Shown in pieces: positions 1-12,411 of a DNA stretch of 64,000 nucleotides; within the stretch, counting starts at the first letter, position 1; each line of letters begins with the position of its first letter. The stretch spans positions 124,001-188,000 of the forward strand of contig NIVC01000891.1 in the NCBI GenBank assembly GCA_002269645.1, read 5' to 3'. Under the pieces are notes generated by a model, which did no database searches, was not told the DNA's origin, and worked only from the letters and a program-made list of their open reading frames with translations. The translations under genes and the position numbers were made by a program. The stretch comes from Macrostomum lignano (Eukaryota).

Positions 1-1700
1 TAATTCGCTTGCATGTAATTTGAAAACAAAATTTACAGGAATAAGGGTTCCTGTGTTCAACGTTCAACAAAAGCTTCTAAGGCATATTTATTGTGCTACT
101 GTGAATTGCTGTGCTGGCCTATGCACTAGACTAAACAAGTGAAGGCTTCGTGTACAAGATAAATGAAAGGAGCTTTTCTTAAATTTCTTGTGCATAGCTT
201 ATTATGTGATTGCTTAAGTAATTTTGTTCTATAGTTTAAAGCCTGTCACGTGTCAGTTAATTAATAATACAGGCATTTGAAATATAAATGTAGGTCTAGT
301 ATTATGAGAAGTAACTTATAAGCTGCTGGGAAGCCAGGGTCAGGGGGAGAGAAGCTAGCGTCAGGGGGAGAGAAGCTAGCGTCAGGGGGAGGGAAGCCAG
401 GGTCAGGGGGAGGGAAGCCAGAGTCAGGGGGAGGGAAGCCAGGGTCAGGGGGAGAGAAGCTAGCGTCAGGGGGAGGGAAGCTAGCGTCAGGGGGAGGGAA
501 GCCAGGGTCAGGGGGAGAGAAGCTAGCGTCAGGGGGAGAGAAGCTAGCGTCAGGGGGAGGGAAGCCAGGGTCAGGGGAGGGAAGCCAGGGTCAGGGGGAG
601 AGAAGCTAGCGTCAGGGGGAGAGAAGCTAGCGTCAGGGGGAGGGAAGCCAGGGTCAGGGGAGGGAAGCCAGGGTCAGGGGAGGGAAGCCAGGGTCAGGGG
701 GAGGGAAGCCAGGGTCAGGGGAGGGAAGCCAGGGTCAGGGGGAGGGAAGCTAGCGTCAGGGGGAGGGAAGCCAGGGTCAGGGGGAGGGAAGCCAGGGTCA
801 GGGGGAGAGAAGCCAGGGTCAGGGGGAGAGAAGCCAGGGTCAGGGGGAGGGAAGCCAGAGTCAGGGGGAGGGAAGCCAGGGTCAGGGGGAGAGAAGCTAG
901 CGTCAGGGGGAGGGAAGCCAGGGTCAGGGGAGGGAAGCCAGGGTCAGGGGGAGGGAAGCCAGGGTCAGGGGAGGGAAGCCAGGGTCAGGGGGAGGGAAGC
1001 CAGGGTCAGGGGGAGGGAAGCCAGGGTCAGGGGGGAGAGAAGCTAGGGTTAGAGGGCGGAAATCCAAGGTTAGGGGAGAGGGGAACTAAGAAAAAGAAAA
1101 TAAGTCAAGGATCAAGTATTTTATAAAATATTTTAGGCTTAGTTTTAAAGTTTGTTATTTAGTCTAGGCCTAATCGTATACATAAAGTAGATAAGAAAGA
1201 TAGAAAAAACAAAAATTTTAAGGCTCTTTTCTAGTAAGTTAGCTAAATCTATTCATTAAGACCAAGTCAATAAGCTAGGCTTAGTGCTCAATCAACAGGC
1301 TTTCCTACATACATAGGGCTATAGCTAAATAATAGAATTTAATTGAATTGAAGCCTTTTTATAATTGAATAAAAGCAGCTTATAAGTTACTTCTCATAAT
1401 ACTAGACCTACATTTATATTTCAAATGCCTGTATTATTAATTAACTGACACGTGACAGGCTTTAAACTATAGAACAAAATTACTTAAGCAATCACATAAT
1501 AAGCTATGCACAAGAAATTTAAGAAAAGCTCCTTTCATTTATCTTGTACACGAAGCCTTCACTTGTTTAGTCTAGTGCATAGGCCAGCACAGCAATTCAC
1601 AGTAGCACAATAAATATGCCTTAGAAGCTTTTGTTGAACGTTGAACACAGGAACCCTTATTCCTGTAAATTTTGTTTTCAAATTACATGCAAGCGAATTA
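1..1700. repeat. Long inverted repeat: 1..327 is the reverse complement of 1374..1700; the left arm is cut by the window edge
   Basis: TAATTCGCTTGC...AAGCTGCT at 1..327 and AGCAGCTT...GCAAGCGAATTA at 1374..1700; no mismatch seen by eye. Confidence 0.95.
328..1050 (+). repeat. G-rich ~21-bp minisatellite (GGAAGCCAGGGTCAGGGGGAG / AGAAGCTAGCGTCAGGGGGAG variants), about 34 copies
   Basis: Tandem units read directly; it fills the spacer of the inverted repeat. Confidence 0.95.
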
Positions 1701-4700
1701 ATATTAACAAACGTCGATTTTTCTACTGCAAATTGTTATTAAACACCCGTGAAAGCTTTCAATTGATACACTCCCATTTGATTGTATGGGAGCGCGCTTT
1801 GGGCCCGTCTAGCCGGGAGAAGCGAGAGCTCGAGAGCGCGCTTTCCTGCCGGTTAGCCCGATGATTTTGTAAGCTTTTGGCCCGGCTAGCCGGTTGTCGT
1901 CGGGTGACTTTGGAGTCTTTGTCAGAAATTCCCTGAAATTCACGAAAATCTGACCCGCATTCACGGTCCCGACTTCCGATGCCATCTGTCGACGAACAGT
2001 TTACAGGTGGATCGAACAGTTCGAGGCTGGCCGGCAGTGTGTTGCCAACTTACCCAAAAGTTAGGGTCCATGACAGGAACAAATGTGGCTTTCTTCTGAG
2101 TGAGCATAGAAACACTATGCGGTGTGCACTTCTATGGCCAAGGGTATGCGAACAAATGTGTAGTGTGAGCATCTTTTGCGTATTCTACTAGTTAATGAAG
2201 ACAAAGTCTTTTCGCCCCAGTGAGCTTTGGGGTTGGAATTTTATAATACCTAGTGTTGTATCGATTATTTAAAGACTTTCAAGGCATTATTAACGCTGAT
2301 GCTCCTAATATTTTGCGTCGTGTCATACATAAAGTTAGCCTAATAGATAAAGTAGGGCGAGAGTTGTAAAATGTCTCTAACGTCAAATGATTTATAGGAA
2401 GGGAATTAGGGATGTCGATTCCCCAGGGAATTATCTTATCGGGGACCCCGGTGAAAAGAAAAAATAAGTAAAAACGGCGGATCACTTAGATTGTAAGTGG
2501 AATTTTTTAAACTTTGATTTAAGCTTTGTACTACATGTTCAAGGCGCAGGGGTAAAAATTTTAAACAATGTTTTTTTAAACTGTATTTGACAATGTGGCA
2601 TCACGAAATCGTGCGCGCACCTTTATCGGAAAAGTGCATTTGTTGGAATGCATGCTAAACAGCTACGCTCGTGAGAGGATAATTAATGAATGAGACTGTT
2701 TTCATAATCGGAATTTTATTTCTTGCATATATATGTAAATCACCATTTTGTCCTTTTCTAATAGGGAGTATATGTATGACACCCCCCTATGCGTCAGTGC
2801 CTGACGCATGACGCAGCGCTGCGCCTGCGTCAAGCCGTCAACGCAGACCAACACAGCAGTCACTAGTCAGTAAGGCTTCTTTTTCCTGACGGGTTTCTTT
2901 TCTACGTGCAATTTGCTTGATTGAATGACTTATTAGTGAAAAAACAATCAAACGTGTGTTGTGTTTCAAATACATGTAATGCATTGAAATAAGCAATTAT
3001 GCGGTAAAAGAGCATAGACAGAGTTTCAATCAGCTTTCTGTGAATCAGTTTCTTATTTTAATGGCAAAAATTAAGTTACAAATGCATTTTTTCATATTTT
3101 TTCTCCCCAGGGTCCCCGGTTAAATTCCCCGGAGAGTATTCCCCGACAAGCTCCCCGGGGAGCACTCCCGGGGTCAACATCCCTAGAAGGGAAACTACGA
3201 GCATAAGTTCTGCAACACATATACAAGTAGCTAAGCATTAATAGACGCACTGCACCGATAAAATGTAATGGAATTGCTCGAATCACCGACACCAAGACCC
3301 ATAAAACTGGAGAAACTGGCAGGATATAGTAGATACATGTAGGTCAGAATCAGAAGTGATCATGGGTTCGACCTCGATTGTATTATTCCTTCTTAATCTT
3401 ATGCAATTAATTGTAAATTAGGTATGAAGTAACAGTAATTATCCTTGACCATGCTAGAGTAAAGACAAGTCAAAGTCAAGTTAATAAAAATAGACACACA
3501 GTGTAACAATAACAATGGTTTTTAGAGCCATTTTTCTTGTCTGTGTTTGTCTTTGTACATACATGTACATTTGGGAAGACTTATCTGGACCCAATCCCTT
3601 CTTATTCTACATGTACGCTGTTTTGGGTATGGGGGTTAGAGTTGGGCCGTCTGACACCCCCTCCCCCCCCCTACCATAGTGGACTGGAGAGAAAGAAGCA
3701 CATGCTATCGCTATTGGCTAGCCTGTCGTTCTCTTTCTCTTTACCTTCTGTCTTGTGTAGCGTACACTATCCAATGCACAAGGCCCAACTTTCCACTAAA
3801 GGAAGGTTCATATAGTCCGCCCATGGGCTTCCTCTTGCTTTCGCGTACACTCAAGGCCACTCACTCTCAACACCAGCCACTAGAGGCTTGTTTTAAATAA
3901 TCGATCGATAATATTAAATGTACACTTGAAAGCTTGCTTTGGATCCTAGCAGAAGGGGGAGAAAGTGGCCAAGGCCACCACACCCCACAAGGCAGGCAGG
4001 CCGGCCCGAGTGCGATAACGAATGACAAAAAAATAGAAAAGTACAATTTACACATCAACTTTCAATACAATAAATACAATAATAGGTACGGTATTAATGA
4101 CAGTGTATTTTCGCACAAAGTAGCTACGTTCAAACCACCAGCACGTAAACAGCTAAAATTTCACTGTTTATGAAATTTTATAAAATTTAACACATCATTT
4201 TAGATATTGAAAACTTTTAAAGGAGGGTATTACTGTTGCATGTGACTATAAAATCGTGGTAGGTATAGCTGATGATGAAACTGGTGATTGGTATCTAGCT
4301 TTTTTGATAACTTAGCCGGTTAGACCCCGAAATAGCTATTGTAATTTGTAACGCTGGAGCCAAATACAAATACAATGGAGCAATTAGTTTCTCTCAAATC
4401 TGTCTCTGCCAGTGCCAGTTTAGTCCATAGTAAGTAACCAAAGTAAAATACCCATTAGTGGTCCCGTTTCTAATGTTTATAAATATTAAGCTTCAGTTTA
4501 CTTTTGGCACAGTATGCAATTTTGAAAATTCACCCTAATAACGGTTTGCACCAGCAGGAAAGCAACTATTTTGTTGTTGGAAATCGGATTAAGCAGTCAA
4601 AAGAGTGTATTTCTATGAAAAAAGGTACTTTTTTTCCATTTTTTCAAATATTTAAACAGGTTTCGCTCTTTCAATAAAAAAATCATCGCAGTACCTTAAA

Positions 4701-5567
4701 GTACAGTTAGTTTGGAATTAGATGACGGCGTTGAATTGTTTCTTCCATATTCCAAAAATTATAATGAGCACTTTTCCTCAAATCAGTTTGAGATCATGAT
4801 TTTTAGTCTTTCGTCGATAACTTTCTGATTTCAAATGTTTAAGAATTGAAAACTTCCACACTTGTGTATCTTTGAATTGCGCATCAATTGGTGCATAGTA
4901 TGTATGCTTAACTATTAGCAGTATAGAAAAAAATGCAAAAAACTGTAAAAGTACATTTTCAATTTTTGCATTTTTTGCAACCAAAGTGCCAACTTTTTGA
5001 TACAATTGAAAAAAACAACCCAATAATGTTATGCATCTTAGTAAGGCGCACCTATAACCCTCGAACATTTTTAGCTCGAGTTTTAATGTGCATGAGGAAA
5101 TGCACTTTTGTAAAGACATAATCTTAAGACAAACATTTCAACTGAAGCCTGTTCCTTTTCTCCGCAGTGAATCCATACAAAACTATACTCGTTAAATAGA
5201 TCAGATTCTTCTCTTTAAAATGACACCTCACTTGTGAAATTCGCACTTGTAGTTTTGAAGTTACAGCAGTTTTTGTGAGATTTTTCTTGTCATTTTTTCG
5301 ATGCACACGTCTCATATTATTATATTCGTCACAAGCCAGACCACCCAATGCGCTTCGCGCATTGGCTGGCTGTTTGTTCCTCATGCTCGGCACTTTGTGC
5401 CTCGCGCGTTCGCTCCGCTCACCCCACAAACCCAAGGACACGTGTGCGCGTGTCCTTGGGTTTGTGGGTTTCGCGGAGCTCACTGGGAACTAGTTAGGTT
5501 TTGCATTATTGTTATTGAATTATTATTTTGCTTCAATTTAGTCACGCGGTCTAATGTACTTTTTTCT

Positions 5568-6568
5568 TGTTAGTTAAAATCTAAATTTGTAAACAGGCTA
5601 GAAGTCAGACGCCAATTGTGACTCAGCGGAGGGTTGAGTTTTCTGCGAACCCCAGCTTTGCGCGGCCAGCCAATCAGAACCGGCCTGGACCCTGGCACGC
5701 GGCAAGTTCCAGTTCTACCCGGCGCCGCGGGCACAGTGCAATTCAGCTTAACGGGCGGCCGGCCAGACGACCACCACCCGGCTTGAGGGGGGTTGTGAGG
5801 GTTTGACAATGACTATATATGAAAGTGTGTTTGGCAATCGGATCTCGCCTTCTTTCCCCGGTTCTTGGTTTTGTCCAGCTTCCCGGCCGCTTACCCTGTT
5901 TTGGTTCGCGCTTTGAGGCGCTTAAGTTCGTCACCCCGGTCCATATTTTGTTCCCCGCCCGACCGCTTCAGTCTTGTAGCGTAACGTCTACGGCAAACTT
6001 CTGTCTGAAGTCGTCGCTATCAAGCGCGGTTAGATAGAGACTGTCGGATTTGACCAAGTACGTGGCCTCGATCCTGAGGGCCTCAGTATCACACTGAAGG
6101 GCAGTACTGATAGAATTTAGTCAGTGCTCCGTTGAACGGTCAATTCGGCAGGGCTCTCGTTGAGTGTAGGTTCTGGTTTAGGCCAGGGGTTAGGAGTCTT
6201 CTCCGTGGTCGTGTTCGGTTCCTCTCTTCTTCAGCTGAAATCCGCTTGCCAGTTGCGTAATTAATTTATTGGTTATTAATCGTTATTATCATCTGTGTCA
6301 ATTTATCTGCGCCGTGAATCGTATTGAGAACCTTGTAACTTATTATAACTTGTCAAATTAAACCGTCAATCAAGTTTAGTTATTCTTGAAATAGGATTAT
6401 CACTCTCTAAATCTATTCGGTTCGTGTTCCCTCGTGTTCTTTCTTTTCTTGTACTGTACCTGCGGCTATTGGAGAAAGACTGGTAGGACTCGCCGACCGG
6501 CGATAGGCAATTTGGGCCAATAGCTTTAAAATCTCTGACGCTCCAAGTAGGTTTGTCTAGGGCCTAAT
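5568..6568 (+). mobile_element. Possible solo LTR or LTR-like remnant
   Basis: Starts TGTTAG, has a CCAAT box (AGCCAATCAG), a TATA-like TATATATGAA near 5815 and an ATTAAA near 6357, and ends in CTAATA. No TSD found. Confidence 0.25.
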
Positions 6569-8569
6569 AATTGCTCACCGTGCATGCTATTTATCTAATT
6601 GCTTTTTATCACAAATGCCTGCTGCTTACAGCAGGAAGCACTTATAAAAATCGGAATTTCATGGCATGAAAGCTAAAACAAGCCGCTAAATTTTAAGGCA
6701 TGATTTTTTTGACACACATTAATACTTGTGGAAGCAAGCAAAGGTGACACCACCTCTGGGATAACCCCTCGTAGCTAGTGGTCCTCAACTGCGATTCCGG
6801 AAAATTGATCTTTTGGGAAGGTATTCTAGCATCCCCGAAGAAGTCAACACGGTGACATCTGCTATATTACGCCAAATTGCATAATGTCACAATGGAGAAA
6901 CAATTGATGAACGGAGACTTGCTGAAAATACAAAATCGGTACTAATCAGCTGGAGAAGAAAGTCTTTTACACGTTGAATGAGGCGCAGGTATGCTACGCT
7001 ATGCACTGTGCTCTGTACGATATCCTGGCAGATGATCTGCAGACTTTCCCACTGCCGAGTACACGGTCATTTGAAAGAAAATTAGCTGGAAAATACAGTC
7101 GCTGGCGGAGAGACCACAATACTCTACAGAAGCGAAGACAGGAAGCAGAACTACGAGTAGACTGCTCTGAATTCCAGACTGAAAAGCTGCTGCTGCTCAT
7201 ATAGAGTTGATTGATGAAATAAGGGAACTCAATATATAATCGATAAGATTGCCAGCAAAACCTGATTACTCATTTGGAAAACGATTTGCAGCAAAGTGAA
7301 TATCCGACCCTTCCTTTTTCGATTCATTTTGCTTTGTCTGGTCTTCGAGACTTCTGCCGCAGACAACAAGGTGGACTACGTGAAGCAGACTGCGTCCGTT
7401 AACTACAACGTTTTCGGAGCAAATGCCTAAACCTAACCTAAACCTATGCATATCGTGCTGCGTGGTCTTGTTCTTGTAGCGCTTCATCTGCGGTGACAAA
7501 GCTCTCCCCATCGTACCCTAAAAGTTCGCTGCTCAGCTTGCTGGCGTCCTCTTCTACAACCATGTTGAATGTGTGCGTCTAACTGTAGCCAAAGCGACAC
7601 CAGTGACACTGGAAATGACTAAATGAGTGCTCGGATTATTAAAGGGCTTGCAAAAAATATGGTATTTCTATTGGCTTGAATATATACGAGCGCGTAATGC
7701 ATGCGCACCCAGCCAATTCGCCCACCTATAGAGATGCGCCATTTTGGACTGAGAGACATGCGTCTCATCAGTATAATAAATTTAATTTTGGCACAGTGGA
7801 TTCTAACTAAAGCTATTTGAGACTAAATTCTCACGCCAAGACCAGCTCCTAGTGGTGGTCATCAAGGGCAATCACGCTTCACTGCATCCTAGGGCCAGGA
7901 GACTAAACGCTGGCAGATTCTCAAGATTTCTTCAAGATTGGCGACTTGCGACTCACCAACGCGCCACGTGTGGATTGCAACGCCGAACTGGCCGGTCCAA
8001 GCGACCTGGCGTTCAGTATTTAAAACTCTGTTATAAAGGCCAGCGCTGAGATAAGGCTGCCTAGTCTCGATATAGACAGCCTCAACCAGCTGGACCCTCG
8101 ACTACCAGGAAGCACTCGCGCTAAGCTCTCTTTCTATTTTTTCCGAAATTTCGGAGATCCGTGCTAACCGCGCCAAGGAGCTGCAGATTTCCACTTAACA
8201 AATCATAGAGCCTTTCAAGCTACCCATCTGCCAGCCCCATTCTGTATGTTATTTGCAAGAACTCTCAATATGCGGCAATTCTTTTCATTTTCTTAGCAAG
8301 TGTAGATCTCGATCGATTCTGATGCCCAGAAATTTCATGACGCCTTCCGTTTATCGAGCCAGGAGCCCTTAGAACTGCAGCTAGTTCTGTTCATATGACC
8401 CGCGTTTAAAACAAAGGCCTGTTGAGAAGAGAGGAACAACCGCAATCACGTGTGTACTACTTCGAGTAGAGAAAGGAAAAAATGAACGTTTTCTGCATTT
8501 GATGTAGTACCTGTACGTGTATGTTTTATTTCCTTCGATTTACGCCTTCAAGATGGAACATTGTCGTTT

Positions 8570-10620
8570 GACCACAGCGTGCAGGAATGATTTTTTCGAT
8601 TTATTATCGTGCAGGAATGTCTGTGTCTATGGTAGAAATCACTTGACATACGTTAGCTTATCGTGCAGGAATGACTTCATTCCTGCACGATTTAACAATT
8701 CATTTTTAGAAGCAACTGAATATGTAATCAATAACAATATGGAAGAACAAAAAGGATAATAAGTGGAACTAGGGAAACAGTTAATGAGTCTATAGACCTA
8801 CTCACATCCCTCTCGGCATTTACTCGAAAATAAACTGCACAACATTCGTTTCGCCGTTTGCCAAAATCTTCATCCGCTTAGTGGGGGCTGCTACAAGTGT
8901 GGTGGTCGATTCTTCAACAACCAGTGACTTCTTGACAGTTGACATTGACGCTGATCCGCACAGGTCGGTAGTCGCAACAGCCCTTGTAGGAGCGTCGCTC
9001 AGGGCGCACGGGTCGGTAGTTGTAACAGCCCTTGCAGGAGCTTCGCTCAATGTAGAACTTGGTGCCGGCATAGTTCCAGCTAGAGCGACTGTCAGCTGAT
9101 CACTCATCCCTGCCATGATCGAGTCCCTCTTCTTGCCTCTCCGGATGTATCGTTCTACCGACTCGCTATTCTGTGAATAGAGGTGGTGTTTAATAAATTC
9201 CTTGTCCATGTGTCAATAAACTTACTAAGAATAAAGAATTGCTCACCTTGTGACCTGTCACCTTCGCAATTTTTTCGACAGAAAAGCCAGCTTCATGCAG
9301 CTCCGTAACAACTGTAGGTCGCACACAATGCGGAGTGTACAGCTTGGACAGGTTAGCATTCGAAGAGATCTTCTTGAGCAACGGCCCCAAAGTGTTGATT
9401 CCAACTGGTACTTTGGTGTACCAGATGCCATCCGCATTCACTCGTGGTTTCGGACGCAGAAAGAAGTCCTCCTGATTCCAACCCGGCACGGCAGTAATTT
9501 TCGACAAATAAAGCTGGAAGGCCTGAACTGGACAGTGCCTTGACTCCGGCTTGGCCACCATCAAGGCCTGTTTATTGTCGTCGCAGAGTCGCATGTCACT
9601 CGAGCCTTTTACATTCTTTGAGGTGCTGCCTTGCAACTCGATCGCCATAGCTCCGTTTGATAGGGCCTTCTCTCGGAATGAACGAACAGTGAGACCTCGA
9701 AGCCATTCTCTGCCGCGATTGCCGAAATAAAATAACACATTGAAATATACCTCTTCTTGCAAACGTGTTGGAGTGCTTCTGTCGAAGTAAGAAGCAAGCT
9801 TGACAAGGTCGTCCGACTCAATGGCTTCGTAATGCTGCACTCGACCACCGGACTTCAAATACGCATTGCAAACATTCTTCACCATCAAATTCGCGCTATG
9901 AAAAGCCTCGTGAGCGATGATATTGAGGCCACGTAATTTCATAAAGTACCTGAACAGTGCGGCTCGAATTCCTACGATTGTATTCGGCGAATAGAAGCTG
10001 CCGTCTGACTTACGCAGAGTCGCATAGAAGTAGCGGACCCATTTAGCAATTTCTTCCACCGAAGCAGTCGCGTAATCCACTTTTAAATTATTCTCCGCCA
10101 ACCAGGCCATCAAGCGGTTGATCACAGCTTTCTCCTTAGAGACAGTCGAATGACATTCGTTGTCGCGTTCCAGTTGAGCGGCCAGACTTTCCAATTCGTC
10201 AAGGTTATACAAGGTTTCCGGATCCGAGCTGAAAAGTTTCTCTAATTCCTCGCTGAACGTGCAATCCGCTATCAGTGCAGTCAAATCGTCGCCCGTCCTC
10301 TCAAAGTTGCTGGACACACTTTCAATAAACATTTCGTCGCCACTTAATCCAGACACCGTAGCGTAGCGAAAATCAATTAATGGAGGATTCAGAGCCGAGT
10401 CGATTACAGACGCCATAGTCAATAAGCTTTATACTTTTTTCTATAAACTCTCCACTCAATTTTCATCTCTTCTTAACGTTTCTCGAAAACCGTGCAGGAA
10501 TGACTTTGTCTATGGTCAAAAGACAATGATTTTCCTACACGCAAACTCGTGCGTCTATGGCAAAATGCACTCGTGCTTTTGCCATTGACGCACTCGTTTT
10601 CGTGCAGGAATATTACAGTG
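8570..10620 (-). mobile_element. Crypton-like DNA transposon (boundaries approximate)
   Basis: The YR gene is bracketed by repeated CGTGCAGGAA motifs (8578, 8608, 8662, 8680 inverted, 10491, 10601) and hairpins. There is no RT or DDE domain. Confidence 0.65.
8820..10416 (-). CDS. Crypton-type (DUF3504/CryptonA-like) tyrosine recombinase, 2 exons: complement(join(8820..9170,9247..10416)), about 506 aa
   Basis: Motifs RKSDGSFYSPNTIVGIRAALFRY, FGNRGRE, YTPHCVRPT and VTGHK. A GTGAGC donor at 9246 and a TTCACAG acceptor at 9171 (76-bp phase-0 intron) join GHK to NSESVERY, restoring the R-H-R-H-Y catalytic set. The first true ATG is at 10416; the ORF-track start at 10422 is TTG. Confidence 0.9.
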
Positions 10621-11546
10621 CTTGCGATGCCACAGAAGTCCGCCGCTAAAGTCTCTTTAAGATTATTTATTTTATTTCAAGCTTTGCTCTACACTATATT
10701 ATGGTGCGAGAAGTTTTTCGTCCCTCTGCTTCAAGTAAAAATGACAAGGGAATTTTCTTGCTTAATGGCTAATTACGAGATTAGTCTATGGCTCAGCCAT
10801 ACCAACGCCAAAGTTCTTCTTTGCAATTACATGATGGACTGGATAGCTTTAATGTGTGCACTATAGCTACTGTATGCGTCACCTTATTACAAGCAAAGAC
10901 GCAACATACTCGGCCGCGCACCATCGCATCCTCAGACGCAGCAACACCAGCTACGGCTGATGCTGATGTTGCGTCTAACAGCGCGACCGCGCCGAAATAA
11001 AAAACCGCCACGATGCCGTCCTTCTATCTGGCCTCCGCGCCGGCCGCTGCAACGCCCCACTATTGCGGGACGCAGAAGAAACTGTGTGAGCACTGGATGC
11101 CAGAATGCCTGCCCTTTACATAGCTCGTGAGTAAAGGCATCGCGATTACAAAAAAACCGATTCTAGTAGTGCACGCGTGCTTCAATAGCTGCTTAAAAAT
11201 ACGAGTATGCTTCGATTTTTCTTCTTCCAAAATACAGCTGCTACAAGCAGCTGTGTCGCGATGACACTTGGTTTAATTGCATACACGTATTCGTTATTTC
11301 GCAGTCAGTTGCTTGATACGTAATCTCTTCTTAAATCAAAAAGGCTGAGAAACCGAATTCCGACTTAACCAACGCTAAACATGACTTTGCAGGATTTTCA
11401 ACCAAGGAACAAAATTCGCACGTCCGCGGAAATTAATTTTTGTCCGTCAAGCTTCCTGAGTCAGGAATTATCGCGAATGCAGATTTCCCCACAAGGATGA
11501 GAGCTTGGTAACCGAGTCTAAATCCTGCTGAATTCTAGAAAGCAAG

Positions 11547-12143
11547 TGTTGTGTCTTTAACCAACAAATAAAAGGCGGAGGGTTAATGGAAAATAAAATG
11601 CAGCCGACTTTGGTCTGCTCGTAGCCTTAGCTCTGGCTATTCCTTATTTTTTATTATTTTATTTCCTATGGGCTTTTTGCCTCACATCGCATCCGAGGGC
11701 CTGTACCCAAGAAAGGGCCGTCAGCACCATAGACAGCTTCCCAGCTGCATATACAAGCGTAGCATAAGCACAAGTGAATTTGCACTTGTATAAAGCGTAC
11801 AAATAGCAGAGCTCGTCCACAACACCTCCCTCCTTTTACAAAGAGAACTGTCCAATCCCTTTAAGCACTCCATGGCTCTTGGCAGTTCATTCCTTGTAGT
11901 CAATTCTTGGTTTGGCTTGCAACCGGGAGCTTCGCCGCACTTCCGGTTGCTCTGCTGTCTATGGTGCTGACGGCCCCTTTCTTTGGTACAGGCCCTCGGA
12001 TGCGATATGAGGCAAAAAGCCCATAGGAAAAAAAGAATAAAAATAAGGAATAGCCAGAGCTAAGGCTACGAGCAGACCAAAGTCGGCTGCATTTTATTTT
12101 CCATTAACCCTCCGCCTTTTATTTGTTGGTTAAAGACACAACA
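11547..12143. mobile_element. Non-autonomous DNA transposon (Ginger-like MITE), ~190-bp TIRs, 5-bp TSD GCAAG
   Basis: GCAAG|TGTTGTGTC...AGACAGC (11547..11737) and GCTGTCT...GACACAACA|GCAAG (11954..12143); the arms differ at only a few positions. Confidence 0.85.
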
Positions 12144-12411
12144 GCAAGAACAGTTCATCATAGGAATTTTTGTCTACTTTTTGCGCTGTCTACTCTTTGC
12201 AGCTTTTGATTTTACAAGCATGCTGTGCTGTTAGTCAAAGGTATTCTCAGAGTACTTCAAGTCTCTATGCATTTTGCATTTAACTCCAACTGCATGGCTT
12301 TACTTCATTTAGTCCGAGTTTTAATATTTAAAAGAAGATTTTATTGCGTAAGTGTTTATTTAAAAGTTTCGTTTAAAATGATACAACTATTAGATTAGGT
12401 TATTATGGACT

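Noticed and set aside
328-1050. Regular repeat array as a CRISPR or telomere
   Set aside because: There are no unique spacers, no cas genes and no TTAGGG units. The same applies to the other arrays, which are plain minisatellites.
6890-7204. Possible coding fragment (76-aa ORF)
   Set aside because: The upstream ATG is out of frame and no motif was recognised.
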